Origin: Podarcis filfolensis
Lineage: Eukaryota
Length of the DNA: 64,000 bases
Direction: 5' to 3' (one strand)
Assembly: GCA_964270895.1 (NCBI GenBank)
Contig: OZ185441.1
This document shows, in pieces, positions 63,711 to 64,000 of this stretch. Below the pieces are notes generated by a model, which saw only the letters and a list, made by a program, of their open reading frames with translations, had not been told where the DNA came from and did not search any database. A program made the position numbers and the translations under genes. The first letter of the stretch is position 1, and each line of letters starts with the position of its first letter.

Positions 63711-64000
63711 GATCTGGCTCACTTTACCTCTGAAGGCGGTGTGCCACCAGCTGCACTGCAGGATGAGGACCACAAAATGAAGAACAAAGATGGTGATGAA
63801 GAAAGGATCATGTGAAGGTGATAGTTTCAATGCATGTCAGGTAGGAGCTTTTAGTTGCCATCCTCGGTAGGCAGAAACTTTAGCCAACTTATTAACATCC
63901 ACCTTGATAACCATAAAGTGGGTAGAAATTAGCTTGGTCCCAGGTGTTTAACAGCTGGCATATAAAGACTGTAATTGCGATAGATCAATTCTACAAGCTT

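Noticed and set aside
25200-64000. Exons of a downstream neighbour (PXDNL or PCMTD1 in recalled human synteny)
   Set aside because: No peroxidase, VWC, LRR or methyltransferase peptide recognised by eye; short exons could have been missed

Overview
Vertebrate genomic DNA, AT-rich and CpG-depleted. It is almost certainly a squamate reptile and probably a lacertid lizard, judged from Sauria-type SINEs and L2/CR1 tails of the kind I recall from lacertids. The only protein-coding gene I can support is the 3' end of gamma-1 syntrophin (SNTG1, + strand): four GT-AG coding exons at 1334-1486, 9184-9276, 17870-17980 and 24719-24916, ending ...KLKYTT-stop. The remaining ~39 kb looks intergenic and is dense in transposon relics: hAT, Tigger-like and Tc2-like MITEs, L1/L2/CR1 fragments, SINEs, three solo LTRs, a DIRS-like remnant and a Penelope fragment. 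Most notable: (1) a minimal type-I hammerhead ribozyme core in the Penelope fragment; (2) a CpG-rich solo LTR with a near-perfect SOX-OCT composite motif; (3) a sense solo LTR in an SNTG1 intron that offers an acceptor, an immediate stop and a poly(A) signal; (4) an 80-codon ORF overlapping the SNTG1 stop as TGATG; (5) a perfect 21-bp hairpin. I found no convincing wholly new multi-gene system. All family assignments come from motif recognition and memory, not database searches.
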